DNA from: the human T2T-CHM13v2.0 reference genome, Homo sapiens
Reading direction: 5' to 3' (one strand)
DNA length: 64,000 nt
Assembly: GCF_009914755.1 (NCBI RefSeq)
Contig: NC_060938.1
Shown here piece by piece: positions 38,506-53,435 of the stretch. Each line of letters starts with the position of its first letter. Within the stretch, counting starts at the first letter, position 1. The notes under the pieces are model-generated. The model made no database searches. It worked only from the letters and a program-made list of their open reading frames with translations, and was not told the DNA's origin. A program made the position numbers and the translations under genes.

Positions 38506-40904
38506 AGAGAGAGGGGAATATATTAATAAATATCTAATGCAGTCTTAGACTGGCCTCCACTTCTCTTCTCATTGTGCTTTCATTCATATTCTAGTCTCAG
38601 TATTCTTCTGGCCACTCCAAATTATCAGCTTAAAGAATTGTTTCCCAGTTGTCTCAGTATGAAGTGGAGAAGATGTTACCTTCATCCTCCACTCCACATC
38701 AGAATAGTGCTGGCCTACAGTGGGTGTTTACAAGTATTAAACTGATACTGAATAACTGATAAGATCATAGGTTAGAGAGAAATAATTCACATGTTTCTTA
38801 AAAGCTATGTGATGTTGACCAACAACTTTAACTTTACAAGTCTTTATTTTCCCTCTGTAAAGATGATACAATCATATTATTTTATTCATATGTTCTTGTT
38901 AGGATGAAGTAAGGTTATAGATTACATACATTAAGTATCTGGTGTATTGCAAGCCCTCAATATTTGAGATAGTATTTTTACTATTAATCAAACAATGACA
39001 ATTTCAAGTAAGTCAAAATTCTCACATAAAAGTAGGGAAGTTGATCAACATGATATGGCTTCAACCTAACTAGGAGATGTTCTATTCTTTAAATTTAGAA
39101 AAGAAAGGAGGAATATAATGGTCTCCTGTCATCAGAAACTGCCTAGTGACCTGGTTTCAAAAGAAATTGCATGTAAAATGGGAATGATCATTTATGTTGG
39201 CCAAAGTCAGGGAAGATTTTTAAAAATCAAGTCGAATTAGATTATTTTCTGTTTTAAAGAAATGTTACCTATACCACCCACTGGGAGAAAAGTTTGCTAA
39301 AATAAACAGGAAAGAGAGAAAAGAGAGAAGCCCATGAAAGAAAATGTTTGGCAATGTGATAAGAGGAAAAGCAAGCAGGAAATAAGAACATAAGTTTCTG
39401 ATTTTCATGAAATGTTCCGAGTAAAGTGACACTTACCTATGTGTGTAAATATGCATATACATATACAAATCTCAAACTAAAGAGTGTACATATTTGCATT
39501 TTAACCTAAAATCAAATTTTTCTAATTGGAAAATAATATAAAGATATTGTCTCCAGTAGAATGCTGGGAATATTAAGGGTTGAAAGTATGAAGATAAGTA
39601 GTCATAAGGATGTTTAGAGATTAACCTGCCATGTCCCACAAGGCTGGTAAATCAATGTTATCAGGAGAAAGAAACTGTTAAATTCACATCAGCGTCTTAG
39701 GTCAGCCTAAGCAAATAGGTTATATGACATGCAACTTACCCTTCTCCTCTTTTTTTCTCCCCCATCAAAAGCCAATTTCCTATTCTGAGAAAATAATTCA
39801 CCTTCTCCAGTGATTCTGCCTCAGAATGTCTAACAAACTGAACAAGGCTGAGCTCCAGACATTGGTTTTGATTCTGGGCAGCAGAAATTTCCCTATGGGA
39901 GAAGATGCCAGCATGACTTTTCCTAGTGTGCAATGAGCAGCGACCAGCTCTGTCTACCTCCTTAGGGATAGCCCCTGATAGGAATGCTGGGGTTGAGCAA
40001 GAGGAAGAGTGAGTGATTAGAAGAAAGAAGGCAGGAACCAAGTTTCTTTTCCTCCTGCCTTGAGTGCAAGGTTTAGTTCCTTTTCTAACAGCTCTTGGCA
40101 ATTCCATTATAAATCAGGTGAAAGAATTAGTCTGATTTTTGTTTGTTTATAGGGCCTAGCATGTCATAGAAAGCCACTAAATTCTAATCAGCAATATCTG
40201 GACAGTAAGGGAGATTGTGAACTTAGTTTTCTTACAGGACATAGGTATTATAATTATTATTGTGGTAAAAATTTCCTCCTAGCAGGAAGATAATTTTTTT
40301 GTGTGCTTTGGGAATCACCCAAAAGTTTTCCACTGCAAAAACCAATGGAATAAGGAACTGATATTTTCTAAACCTTCAGTAAGTGGCTAAATCTATCAGG
40401 CTTATCTATTCACCCCCATAGTGAGAATTCCTTGCAATATGTGTTTGTGGCATTCTTATAGATACCACAGTCAGAAAAAAAGGGGATGGATTAAAATAAG
40501 CAGAAAAATTTGCTACATTCTGTGCTAACTTTAACCCCATATAAATGCTGTCTTATAAGTAGATCTATTAAATAGGGCCATCCATAGCCACAGCCTTTCA
40601 TATTTTAAGTAAATATCACAACATAATATTTTCATCAGAAAACTTGTCTCCAATTTCTAGAGCCTTTTGTTACTCCTGGCACTATCTTAGTAGGACTTTA
40701 GTGTGCCAGATATGAGCCTGCTAGATTTAAGTCAAATAATGATTTATTCTTATGCCCTCTTCTCAACTGTGTTGATCAAATTCATAAAACAAATGTTAGC
40801 CTTTAATTCCTTACTTCACTTCCTTGTCTTCACTTCCTCTGGGACATAGTCTTGTCTTGTCTAGTCTAGTCTTATGCTGCAGCCTTGACAACTTGCCAAG
40901 ATAA

Positions 40905-41460
40905 AAAGTTGAGAGTTACGATAGTAGAAAGAAGAGCTACAGAGAATAAACAGAATGAGAAAGTATAAAATATGATTAAATGGAGTTCCAGAAAGAGGAG
41001 AGAGGTGAATGAGGCAGAAACAATATATGAAGAGATAATGGATGAACAGTTTTTAAAAAATGGATGAAAGACATCAATTCACAATTCAAGAAGACAAAAA
41101 CATTCCTGGGCAATTTATATAAAAAGAAGTGTAGTGTGTGTGCATGCATGCGTGCATGTGTGTGTGTGTGTGTTCAGAGTAAAACAGCAGAAAATCTTAA
41201 ATCAAGAAGAAAATCTTAAAAATCAAAGGGGAGGGTGAAAAAGACTGTTTTCAAAGAAGTAAACTGACAGCTGACTTCTCAAAAATAACAATGGAAACCA
41301 ACTGAGATTTGAATTATTTTTCAATGTTCAGAGAGAAAATAACTAACATCAAATTTTGTATAAAACAGAGCAATTCTTAAAATAAGAAATAAAAGCATTT
41401 AAAGAAAATCTGCAGAATTTAACGGTATATTTTCTCTAAAGGAAACTCCACAAGTAGATG
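40905..41460 (+). mobile_element. Old L1 ORF1-region fragment with an embedded TG-rich repeat
   Basis: TGGAGTTCCAGAAAGAG..GAAGAGATAATGG..GACAGCTGACTTCTCA. Confidence 0.6.
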
Positions 41461-42474
41461 GAAAGGATGAGGGCCTGGATTATACTGCACCTGCCACCTG
41501 TGTGGTTGTGCTCAAAGAACAGAACCTCTTTGGGATGGTTTCTAAATTTCAAAATAAAGATGAGGTATTCTCAGCTAGTCTCACTGTATTTTATTAATTG
41601 AAACACCATATGTGAAACAGAAGACTCTAATGCAAACGTAAAGAGATTTGTTACTAAAACCTTAGGCCAAGCTTTGGATGTTCTTAAAAGGGCAATGGCA
41701 GGAATGAGAATGGGGAAAATGATCTATCCTCAGTGAGTTGTAGGACTTAGAGAAAGCCTCAAGGGCTGTCATGTGTTTTATCATGTCCTGAGAAACAGGT
41801 TTACAAATATTAGCACCTCCTTACTGTGCTGGATAATTCTATTCGGTTTCCTCCAGCAGTTTGTGATACCCCCTATGTGTAGAGTGGGTATGTAGGGGGC
41901 AAACAAAGGACTCATCTGTTCTTGCTGCCGGCAAGCTGTAGCCACATCCAGTTGGCTCTCACCTCCCAAATAGCTTCAAAGAGAAGCAAATCATATTCAA
42001 CAGTTTTTGTGGCAGAACTCATCCTGCAGAATTTTTAAAAAACTTGTTTTATCTTATGGCCTTTGATAAAAGTTCTGAACCCAGGGCCAGTTGTAGCAGA
42101 ATATGGACATATGAAAAATCTGCCTTTAGTCTCTTGCCATTCCTTCACCATTGCCTCCCACCTATTCTACTGCTCCTGCTTTTTACCCAGCCCCTAGTAG
42201 TATTCTATGATGTTTTAATACTGTTAGCCTGCCCAAAGCCTGATATTTCTAGTCACTGAATTGCTCTTCAGAATCTTCTCCTACACTATTGAGTAGATAT
42301 ATATCTCTCTCCACTCAATCTCTAAAATAAAGTGGTTTATAGCCTAACTTACTCTCAATGTAATGTTCTAGGTTAGGTCTCCCTGGACTGTTTGTATTTG
42401 AAAAAGAGATGTAGAGGAGATTCCAAGAAAGTCTCCTCAAAGATACATTCTCAGTTACGGTGGCAGTAGGATAG

Positions 42475-42816
<342 letters not shown>

Positions 42817-42924
42817 TTTGTCAGCAGTTTTTAAAACATATGTTTTTATTCCAATTATTTTAGAAAGATAACATAATTCAGAGGAAAAAATTAAAGATTC
42901 TATTGCTTGAAAATACATAGAACA

Positions 42925-43155
42925 ATATTCTATTTAACTACACCTTGTCTATGTTTAGATACACAAAGACTCACCATTGTTACAATTACCTAGAGTATTC
43001 AGTACAATAACATCCTGTGCAGGTTTGTAGCCCATAGCCTATCGTGTAGCAGGCTATACCATCTAGACCAGTACGCTCTTATAATGTTTGCACAATGGCA
43101 AAATTGCCTAATGATGGATTTCTCAGAACGCCTGTAGTTGAGCAAGGCATGACTA
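42925..43155. mobile_element. Tigger-like DNA transposon fragment
   Basis: ..CCTAATGATGGATTTCTCAGAACG..GCATGACTA terminus. Confidence 0.6.
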
Positions 43156-44070
43156 TATCAGTAAAACTTCTACATGAAAGAATAGGCAGGGGAACTAGTT
43201 TGTCTAAGAAAACATATGAAAATTTAACTGTTTCAGAGGCAGCACAGTCAAAAAAGTAAAGGTTTGTAATCTTAGATATCACTCAAATACTAGTCCTCCT
43301 ACTTCCAAACCAGATAACCTTGGGCATGTGACTGAATCTTTCTGAACTTAGATTCATCTGAAAAATGAATACCATCTATTTCCTAGAGTGGTAAAGAGTC
43401 CCATATGCTACGGGACTTAGGATTGCTTAGGATTGCTAAGGATAGCTTTGGCTATTCAAGCTCTTTTTTGGTCCCATGTTAATTTTAGAATTGTTTTTTC
43501 AAATTCTGTAAAAATGAAGTTGGAGATATATGAGATAAACAATACACATTACCTGCCACATATTAACTAATATATATAACAAACATTATGTAAATGACAA
43601 AGAGTACTAGGTACTCCCAGGACCTTTTATGATCCTCAGAATATTTTTTTGAGGTAGGTATTATTATCTTGCTTTTATTGATGAGTAAACTGATTTTCAG
43701 AGAAGTTAAGTAACTTGTTCAAAGTCATGCAATTAAGAAGTGGCAGAGATGTGGTAGTTTTTGTGATAGAATTCTTTTCCTTTCCCTGCCTGTTGAACGG
43801 TCTGCATTTAGACATTTCTTTAAATTATTTTCAGTTTCTTTCCCTTCGTCCCCACAAAGAGCACTAAAGGTCATGGTAAGGTAGGATCATTTGAATCATG
43901 TTATGATCTTCCTAACATGAATGACTCCTGGCTTTTCCAGTTAACAGGTAGTGGTCCATTATGCTGTGGTTATATTTTCTGCATGTATGATGATATAACG
44001 TAACTGGCCAGGCACAGTGGCTCATGCCTATAATCCCAGCACTTTTGGAGGCTGAGGCAGGCAGATCACC

Positions 44071-44968
<898 letters not shown>

Positions 44969-45032
44969 ACACAGCATATTACTCTATTAACTGCATATAC
45001 AGTAAAAACACAGTATAGAAGATTTTAAGATA

Positions 45033-47400
45033 ATCTGTGTCTATTTTTGTATCAGTGACATGCTGTTTGGGTTACTATAGCCTTGTAGTATAGTTTGGAG
45101 TCAGGTAATGTGATGGCTTTGTTCTTTTTGCTTATGATTGCTTTGGCTATTTGTGCTTTTTTTGTCCCATATTAATTTTAGAATTGTTTTTTTCAAATTC
45201 TGTAAAAATGATGCTGGTAATTTGATAGGAATTACATTGTATCTGTATATTGCTTTGGGTAGTAATTTTAATTATATTGATTGTTCCAATCAGTGAGCAT
45301 GAAACATTTTTTTATTTGTTGTATCATCTATGATTCCTTTCATCAGTTCTTTGTAGTTCTCCTTGTAGACATCTTTCATCTCTTTGGTTAAATGTATTTT
45401 CTAAGTATTTTATTATTTGTATGTGTGGATATCATAAATGGAATTGAGTTCTTGATTTTTTTCTTAGCTTGGTTGTTATTGGTGTATAGAAATGCTACTA
45501 ATTTTTGTATGTTGATTTTGTATCCTGAAAGTTTACTGAAGTCATTTATCAAGTCTAGGCATCTTTCAGAAGACTGTTTAGGGTTTTCTAGATATAAGAT
45601 CATGTCATCAGTGAATAGAGATAATTTTAGTTTCTCTTTTTTAATTTGGATGCCTTTTACTTCTTTCTCTTGCTTGATTGCTCTGCCTAGGACTTCTGGC
45701 ACTATGTTGAATAGAAGTGGTGAGAGTGGACATCCTTGTCTTGTTCCTGTTCTTAGAGGGAATGCTTTCAAATTTTCCTCATTGGGTATGTTGTCATGGA
45801 TGACCCTTATTTGTCATAGTTTTTTTTATTATTTTGAGGTATGTTCCTTTGATGCCTAGTTTGTTGAGGGTTTCTATCATAAAAGGATGTTGGGTTTTAT
45901 TGAATGCTTTTTCTGTATCTATTGAGATGATCACATGGTCTTTGTTTTTAATTCTGTTTACATGGTGAATCACATTTATTGATTTGCATATTTTGAACGT
46001 AGACCAATGGAACAAAATAGAGAACCCAGAAATAAAACCATATACCTACAACCAACTGATCTTTGACAAAGTCAACAAAAATACACAATGAGGAAAGGAC
46101 ATCCAATTCAATAAATGGTGCTGGAAAAACTGGATAGCCATATACAGAAGAATAAAACTGAATGCATATCTCTCACCATATTCAAAAATTAAGTCCAGAT
46201 AAAATAAAGACTTACATGGAAGACCTGAAACTACAAAAATCCTGGAAGAAAAACTAGGAAAAACTCTTCTAGACATTGAACTAGGCAAAAAAATTTATGA
46301 CAAGATCTCAAAAGCAAATGCAACAGAAGCAAAAATAGACAAGCAGTACTTAATTAAACTAAATAGCTTCTATACGGCAAAAGAAATAATCAACAGCGTA
46401 AATAGACAACCTACAGGATGAGAGAAAATGTTTTCAAACTATCAACCAACAAAGGACTAATATCCTGAATCTATAAAAAAACTCAGACAACTCAACAAGA
46501 AAAAAACAACCCCATTAAAAAATGGGCAAGGGACATGAACAGATATTTCTCATAAGAAGACATACAAGCAACCAGCAAACATGTGAGAAAATGCTCAACA
46601 TCACTAATCATCAGAGAAATGTACATCAAAACCACAATGAGATACCTTCTCACACCAGTAAAAATGGCTATTATTAAAAAGTCAAAACACAAACAGATGT
46701 TGGCAAGAATATAGGAAAAAAAAGAATGCTTATACACTCTTGGTGGGAATGTAAATTAGTACATCTATGGAAAACAATATGGAGATTTCTCAAGGGATTA
46801 CAAATAGAACTACTATTCGACCCAGCAACACCACTGCTACCCAAAGGACTACAAATAGAGCTACCATTCAACCCAGCAACAGCACTACTACCCAAAGGAA
46901 ACAAAATTGTTATGTCAGAAAGACACCTGCTCTTGTGTATTTATCACAGCACTATTTACAATAGTAAAGTCATGAAATCAACCTAAGTGTCCATCAATGT
47001 ATTATTGTATAAAGAAAATGTGGTATATATACACCGTGGACTACTACACAGCCATAAAAAAGAATAAAACCATATCTTTTGCAGCAACATGGATTTAGCT
47101 TGAGGCCATTATCCTAAGTGGAATCACTCAGAAACAGAAAATAACGTACTGCATGGTCTCACTTATAACTGGGAGCTAAACAATGGGCACTCATGGGCAT
47201 ATAGAGGGAAATAATAGACAGTGGAGATTCCAAAAGGGGGAATGATGGGAGGGTTGAAAAATTACCTATTCAGTACAATGTTCACCATTCGGGTGATGGG
47301 TACACTAGAAGCCCAGACCTCACCATTATGCAATATATCCATATAACAAACCTGCACACAAATGACCTGCATCGTAGTAACAGTAATAATAAATATCAAA
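45033..47400 (+). mobile_element. L1 with inverted 5' segment (45033-45997 antisense, 45998-~47400 sense)
   Basis: The - strand [39 protein letters not shown] is L1 reverse transcriptase. The sense part carries the ORF2 C-terminus and 3'UTR. Confidence 0.9.
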
Positions 47401-48330
47401 ATTATATGCTTGTCTAGGGCACTTACAATGAATGGGGCTTGCAGGACTGGAAGGTGCTCTGTGTAATTCAGCAAGTGAGTAAGAGGTCAGTGAATGTAAA
47501 AGCCTAGGACAATATTATACACTGCTGTAGACTTTATAAACACTATATACTTAGGCTACAGTAAATTTGTTTAACAATAATTTCATTTTCTCAAGAATAA
47601 GTTAACCTTACCTTACTGTAGCTTTTTTTACTTTATAAACTTTTAATTTTTTTAACTTTTTGTCTCTTTCATAATAGCTTGAAACACAAACACATTGTAT
47701 AGCTATACAAAACAATTTTCTTTTTTATATCCTTATTTATATCCTTTTTTATATCCTTATTCTTTTTTAATTTTTTTTTCTATTATTTAAACTTCTGTAC
47801 TAAAAACTAAGACACAAACACACATATTAGCCTAGGCCTACACAGAGTCAGGATCATCAGTATTGATGTCTTCCACCTGCACATCTTGTCCCACTGGAAG
47901 GTCTTCAGGGGCAATAACATGCATCAGCTGTCATCTTCTATGATAGCAATGTCTTTTTCTGGAATACCTCCTGAAGGACCTACCTGAGGCTGTTTTACAG
48001 TTCAGTTCTTTATAAGTAGAAGGAATATACTCTAAAATAACTATTAAAAGTATAGTATGGTAAACACACAAACAGGTATTACCGTTTATTACTATCATCA
48101 AGTACTATGAACTGCACATAATTGTATGTACTATACTTTTATATGATTAGCAGTGCAGTAGGTTTGTTTACACCAACAACACCACAAACATGTGAGTAAT
48201 GCATTTGTGCTACGATTTTACAATGGCTATAATGTCACTAGGTGACAGCAATTTTTCAGCTCCATTATAATATTATGGGAGCACTGTCATAAATTGTTGA
48301 TGGAAATACCATTATATGGTGCGTGACTGT
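47400..48330. mobile_element. Tigger3/Golem-like DNA transposon (left piece ~44990-45030)
   Basis: TAGGGCACTTACAATGAATGGGGCTTGCAGGACTGGAAG..., terminus GGTGCGTGACTGTA. Confidence 0.78.
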
Positions 48331-49426
48331 ATAATAAAACCTGTTCCAGTTTGAACCATTGGCCAGAGACACCAACAGACACAATGTAATCAAGATGTAG
48401 ACCCCAATGTCAGCCTTCTAGACACAAATGAAACAACACCCAACTTAGCTCAAGAACACTTTCTAAAAGCAGGAGGCTCCAGTTCCCCAATCTGTGGGAA
48501 CAAGGAGAACCACAGTAAGTGAAGAGGAAAATCATTATCTCTGAACTTGTCAGAAGAAAAATCCCATCAAGGAATGCTTTTGAGAACTTGAATTCTAGGG
48601 AAGCCCACTGGAGGCCACAGCCACTACAGAAATATAGAGGCCACAGCTTCCTGACATGCGGTGAGGCCACATCTCCACTCACTTCCTGTCAGTAGGTGTC
48701 ACTTGAACAAATTTTCTCATGTCCTGGCCAGTCACCTGGAGCCTGGAGGCATGTCTTACTTTGCATACACCTCTGTCAAAATGCGTATCAGACAATTATG
48801 TTATAAATTGAATGTCTTAGGTGTTACAGAGTAGGTGTTGTGGAATGAATATTTGTGTATCCTCCAAAGCGCACTCTCTCTTTCTCTCACACACACACAC
48901 ATACATACCCCAAGGAAAGGCCACGTGATATCTCGATTTTAAACTTCCAGCCTCCAGAACTGTGAGATAACAAATTTCTCTTCGTTAAGCCACTCAGTGA
49001 GTGGTATATTGTTATGGCAGCCCAAGTAGACTAATACATTAGGTTATTCTGCTACTGACCCACCTTACTGAGCTAGACCTACTTTGGTCCCCACATGTCT
49101 CCCCAGGGACACTGTACGAAGCCTGGAGCTATGTCAGTTTTTCTGTACTCAAAAGTAGTGCCCTCCTATATTTACCTCTTGTTTGTTTTATTGGAGTTCC
49201 TGGCAGGTATCTCCCTTCTCTTTGAACTGTAAATAGAAATAATCCTTCTTTTTGAAGTAGGATTTTCTTTCTGAACAAGCTTATAATTTCCTACCATTGA
49301 TCTTCTTGCATGGCAATTTCAATTAAAAAATCATTTGAATAATTATGTTAGAATACACAGCAACTATATTTCTTAGGTTAGTGTAGTTTGCAAACAAAAG
49401 GCATATATGTTTTCCTAGTAACCGCA

Positions 49427-49427
<1 letters not shown>

Positions 49428-49473
<46 letters not shown>
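49428..49473 (+). repeat. (TG)23 microsatellite
   Basis: Perfect TG run. Confidence 0.97.
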
Positions 49474-49477
<4 letters not shown>

Positions 49478-50351
49478 AATTTCCCTACAAATCACTGCTA
49501 ACAGCCAAGGAAAGCGAGGCTATATTCTGGAAGGCCTGGGAGATATAGTCCCCTGTATGTGTATGAAATCTGTTTGGAATCTCATGTACTATATTTAAAA
49601 TTCATTTGTTACTTTCTATTATGTAATATATTCTCATTTGTTTCAACATACAAAAAATACTTTAAATCGATTATTTAAATGTATGTCATGTTCATCCCAG
49701 AGCTTAATGTCACCCTTCATACATTCATACACTACTACTTGGCTTATTCTTCTTGAGGAGAGAGAAATGTATTGCCAGTATTCTCAATAGGTACACTTTC
49801 AAGGCTGAGACAGCAGGGCTCATGAAGAACTGGAACAATATAAACCATTGCCGAGACTGCAACAGCAACCATGATGATCTCAAGGAGGCGACAGATCTAA
49901 TGGTAATGGGAAAACACACCCTTGAGGAATCAGTGAGCCCCTGCAGCTCCCTGTCATCTCTGTGCCTCCCACATTCCATTAAGAGAATATAGAAGGAATG
50001 CATTTTTCATCTGAATTAAGGTGTTTTGCTTTCTGTTTATTGTTTCTTTATTTTCCAAAAATATGTTTTTCAATAAAATCTGGCAGTGATTAAAAAGAAA
50101 AAAAGCAACATAAGATTGTATTTTTATTTGGTGGAAAGCAGCAATTCATTTTAGGTAACATGCCACCACATAACAGGAATAGAGAAGGTAAGAAAGGTAA
50201 ATATACATACAGAAGTAAGTCATGGGCAAACCTAAACAACTAAGAAAAAATTAGCAATGAAATTAAAAGGAGAAAAATGCCCAGGGAGGCAGAAATAGAT
50301 TTTCCTGCTCTCCTACGTCTAAAGAGCACAATGAGATACAAAACACAAATG

Positions 50352-50367
50352 CCAGTAGATGGCAGAA
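50352..50367 (+). promoter_or_regulatory. Candidate CTCF site
   Basis: CCAGTAGATGGCAGAA, a close core match. Confidence 0.45.
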
Positions 50368-51452
50368 GCTATTTACCTAAATCAGGATTGAGGCTATGAG
50401 GCATAGCTTAGACACTCAGTCCAGATCCTAGGCATTTGAAACTCCAAGTTGCAGAATCAATTTTGATCTTAAAAACCAAACTTCTTCAAAATTCCCTTCT
50501 GTAAAAGTGAGGTTTGCTACTATTCAAAGTTTTATTTGCTTCTTAAAGAATAGCCAGAATGTTCCTACCACTGTGTTGATAAGCAAAGGTAACATTGCCT
50601 CTATCAGGGGCTTTTTCTCTTTTATTTAAGTCTCTGCCTTTTATGTCAAGGGATTCTTTTAATGTCTAATGATCCTGGGATGCTCATTCATACTTAGTAG
50701 GATACAAATCTGAGATTCAAGCAAAGAAAAATGGCTCCAGTTCCTGTTTTTAAATACTTCTTCACTTCACTCTCAACTAAGCCTGATAGCCCAGAATTTC
50801 ATGTTATTTATTCAATATCTTCAGAAAAATAGTCTTTTTTCCACAAAAGTGGTTGGAAAGGAGTGGACACCTGACTATTCCAGGTCAAATGGGAAATCTG
50901 AGAGTATAACTGCAATTTATTCAATTTTACTTTGCATTTTCTCTATAAAGTCTCCTACCCCTACCCTCTCTCTGATTTTCTGAGGTACCAGGTATCCTAC
51001 TCACTAAGACTTCTGGTGCACCTGAATTTTTGTTGGCATTTGCTTCTGTGGGACCTTAGAATTTGCCTTTCTTCAGTTCATTTAAGTCAGTTACCACTTG
51101 TTCATTCACCTGCATTTTCCAAAACATCTCACATGCTGTTATCCTTTGCCTGTTCTATGTGTCCTTTGGGGTTCATAACTTTTAAAAACATTTTTACTCT
51201 CATTTCACCAGGTACTCAGAAAGGAATAGAGAAGTATGTTTCCAATTCACCATACTTAATTATCAGTCTAGCCTTCACTGATATTTCAGAGCAATTATAA
51301 GGTGCCCAGGGGCAGAGTTTCCATCTGTCTTGTTCATGTCTCCATATTTCTCTAATATATAGTGAATACTCATTAAGTGTGTTCATCAAGTGAAACGGAG
51401 AAATAGAAGAAACTGAAAAAGTGGCATGAAAGGACAAAAATTTAGCATTTCA

Positions 51453-51468
51453 CCATATGGGGGCAGTG
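51453..51468 (+). promoter_or_regulatory. Candidate CTCF site upstream of TRAV35
   Basis: CCATATGGGGGCAGTG versus core CCACCAGGGGGCRSTG. Motif match only. Confidence 0.5.
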
Positions 51469-51666
51469 TCTCTATTCATAGCTAACCTTCAAGGTTAGCT
51501 CAAAACCCTGGGAAAACATCTGGTAAGAGATCCGATTGGCTGATATCTGGAACAGAGTTTAAATTTCGTGGTAGTGTTTTTAGTGTCACTCTAAGCCCAA
51601 GAGAGTTTCTTGAAGCAAAAAAAAAAAAAAAAAACCCATTCAGGAAATAATTCTTTGCTGATAAGG

Positions 51667-52246
51667 ATGCTCCTTGAACATTTATTAATAATCTTGTGGA
51701 TGCAGCTGACATGTGAGTCTTGAGAGTTTCTGACTCTTCCATAGCGAATTCTAAAGGGAAGGAAATTCTGTGAGGGCAGGAGGTGAGGCTTTATCAGAGA
51801 CTATGAAAAGAGGAAAACAGAAGGAAAAAAGCTAGAGAAGGAGGGAGGAAAGGAAAGACACAGATGCAAGGCTGGGAAGTTTGGTGATATAGTGTCCAAC
51901 ACAGCTCTGAAAAAGGTGATCTAAAGATAACCTTAACCACCTTCTTTTCTCTTTCTAAACAGGGGTCAGTGGTCAACAGCTGAATCAGAGTCCTCAATCT
52001 ATGTTTATCCAGGAAGGAGAAGATGTCTCCATGAACTGCACTTCTTCAAGCATATTTAACACCTGGCTATGGTACAAGCAGGACCCTGGGGAAGGTCCTG
52101 TCCTCTTGATAGCCTTATATAAGGCTGGTGAATTGACCTCAAATGGAAGACTGACTGCTCAGTTTGGTATAACCAGAAAGGACAGCTTCCTGAATATCTC
52201 AGCATCCATACCTAGTGATGTAGGCATCTACTTCTGTGCTGGGCAG
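51667..52246 (+). CDS. TRAV35: T-cell receptor alpha variable 35 (leader 51667-51712, V exon 51963-52246)
   Basis: MLLEHLLIILWMQLT+T|gtgag ... aacag|WVSGQQLNQSPQSMFIQEGEDVSMNCTSSSIFNTWLWYKQ..DVGIYFCAGQ. Open frame. Confidence 0.97.
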
Positions 52247-52285
52247 CACAGTGCTCCCCAAACACCTGCAGCCTGTACTCAAACT
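52247..52285 (+). other. V-RSS of TRAV35
   Basis: CACAGTG + 23 nt + ACTCAAACT. Confidence 0.88.
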
Positions 52286-52584
52286 TGCAGCTGGAACTCT
52301 AGTCTCTATGCTGCCTTCAGCTCTTAGTCCTCTTGGCATGAAATGTGATTATGCATGCCACCTTTGCCACTGCCATTCTGTCACCACAAACTCTCCTTTA
52401 TCCAAGGATTTGTCCTCCAAAGATTGTGCTCTTTGCTTGATGAACTTGCCCCTCTCAATTCATTTTTAGTGTATGTAATAGATTTTCTTAGTTATTTCTG
52501 CCACGATATGAGGAGAATTGATCAACACACAGTTACAGTAGAAGATTTTAATAAGTATCTCTTTTAAAATGGATGATATCAATA

Positions 52585-53435
52585 AAGTAAAAATGAGAGT
52601 CCAGAAATAAATCCATAAATCTATAGCCAATTTATTCCAACAAGATCATTCAATGGGAAAAGAATAGTCTTTTCGACAAGTGGTGCTGGGACCACTGGAT
52701 AGCCACAGTTGGATCTCTACTTCACATATGTACAAAAGTTAACTCAAATGGATTAAAGACCTAAATGTAAGATCTAGAAGTACAAACACTTAGATGAAAA
52801 CATAGTTGTAAATCTTGGCCACCTTGGACTATGCAACAATCTCTTATATACAACATCAAAAAAAGCAACTGAAGGAAAAATAGATAAATTGGGCATTATC
52901 AGAATTTAAATCTTTGTGCATCAAAATTCGCAAAATATTCCACAAAGGAAAATGAAAAGATAACCCACATAATAGAAGAATATATTTGCAAGTCATGTTT
53001 ATCTGATAAGGATCTAATATCAAGAATATATATTTTAAACTCTTACAATTTAACACTAAGACAAATGCCAATTTTAAAACGGTCAAATGATTTAAACCAT
53101 CATTGCTCCAAAGAAGACACACAAATGGCCAAAAAGCATGAAAAAAAAGATGCTCAACATTATTATTCATTGGGAAAATGCAAATTAAACCACAATGAGC
53201 TGCCACATCACACCCACTAGGATGTTCATAATTTTTCAAAAAGGAAGAATAAGAAAGAGAAATGTAAAATTCTAAGTGTTGGTAAGGACGTGGGGAAATT
53301 GGAATCCTCATCCACCACTGGTAGGAATGTAAAATAGTACAGACACATTAGAAAATAGTTTGGCAATTTCTCAAATGACTAAACACAGAGTTACCATTTG
53401 ACCCAGCAATAATAGTCCTAAATATCTACTTAAGA
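52585..53435 (+). mobile_element. Old L1 ORF2 3' fragment
   Basis: GAGAGTCCAGAAATAAATCC..GGGAAAAGAATAGTCTTTTC..GAGTTACCATTTGACCCAGCAAT. Confidence 0.78.

Noticed and set aside
39898-39969. Peptide GEDASMTFPSVQ*AATSSVYLLRD vaguely resembling V-domain framework
   Set aside because: No Cys, WYxQ, leader or RSS. Compatible with chance; a profile-HMM search would settle it.
45388-45859. 127-aa RT-like ORF and the antisense 155-aa ORF
   Set aside because: A fragment of a truncated, disrupted L1 ORF2, and its antisense shadow.
49753-49992. 79-aa ORF in non-repetitive-looking DNA between TRAV34 and TRAV35
   Set aside because: No Ig-domain motifs, RSS or convincing exon structure.
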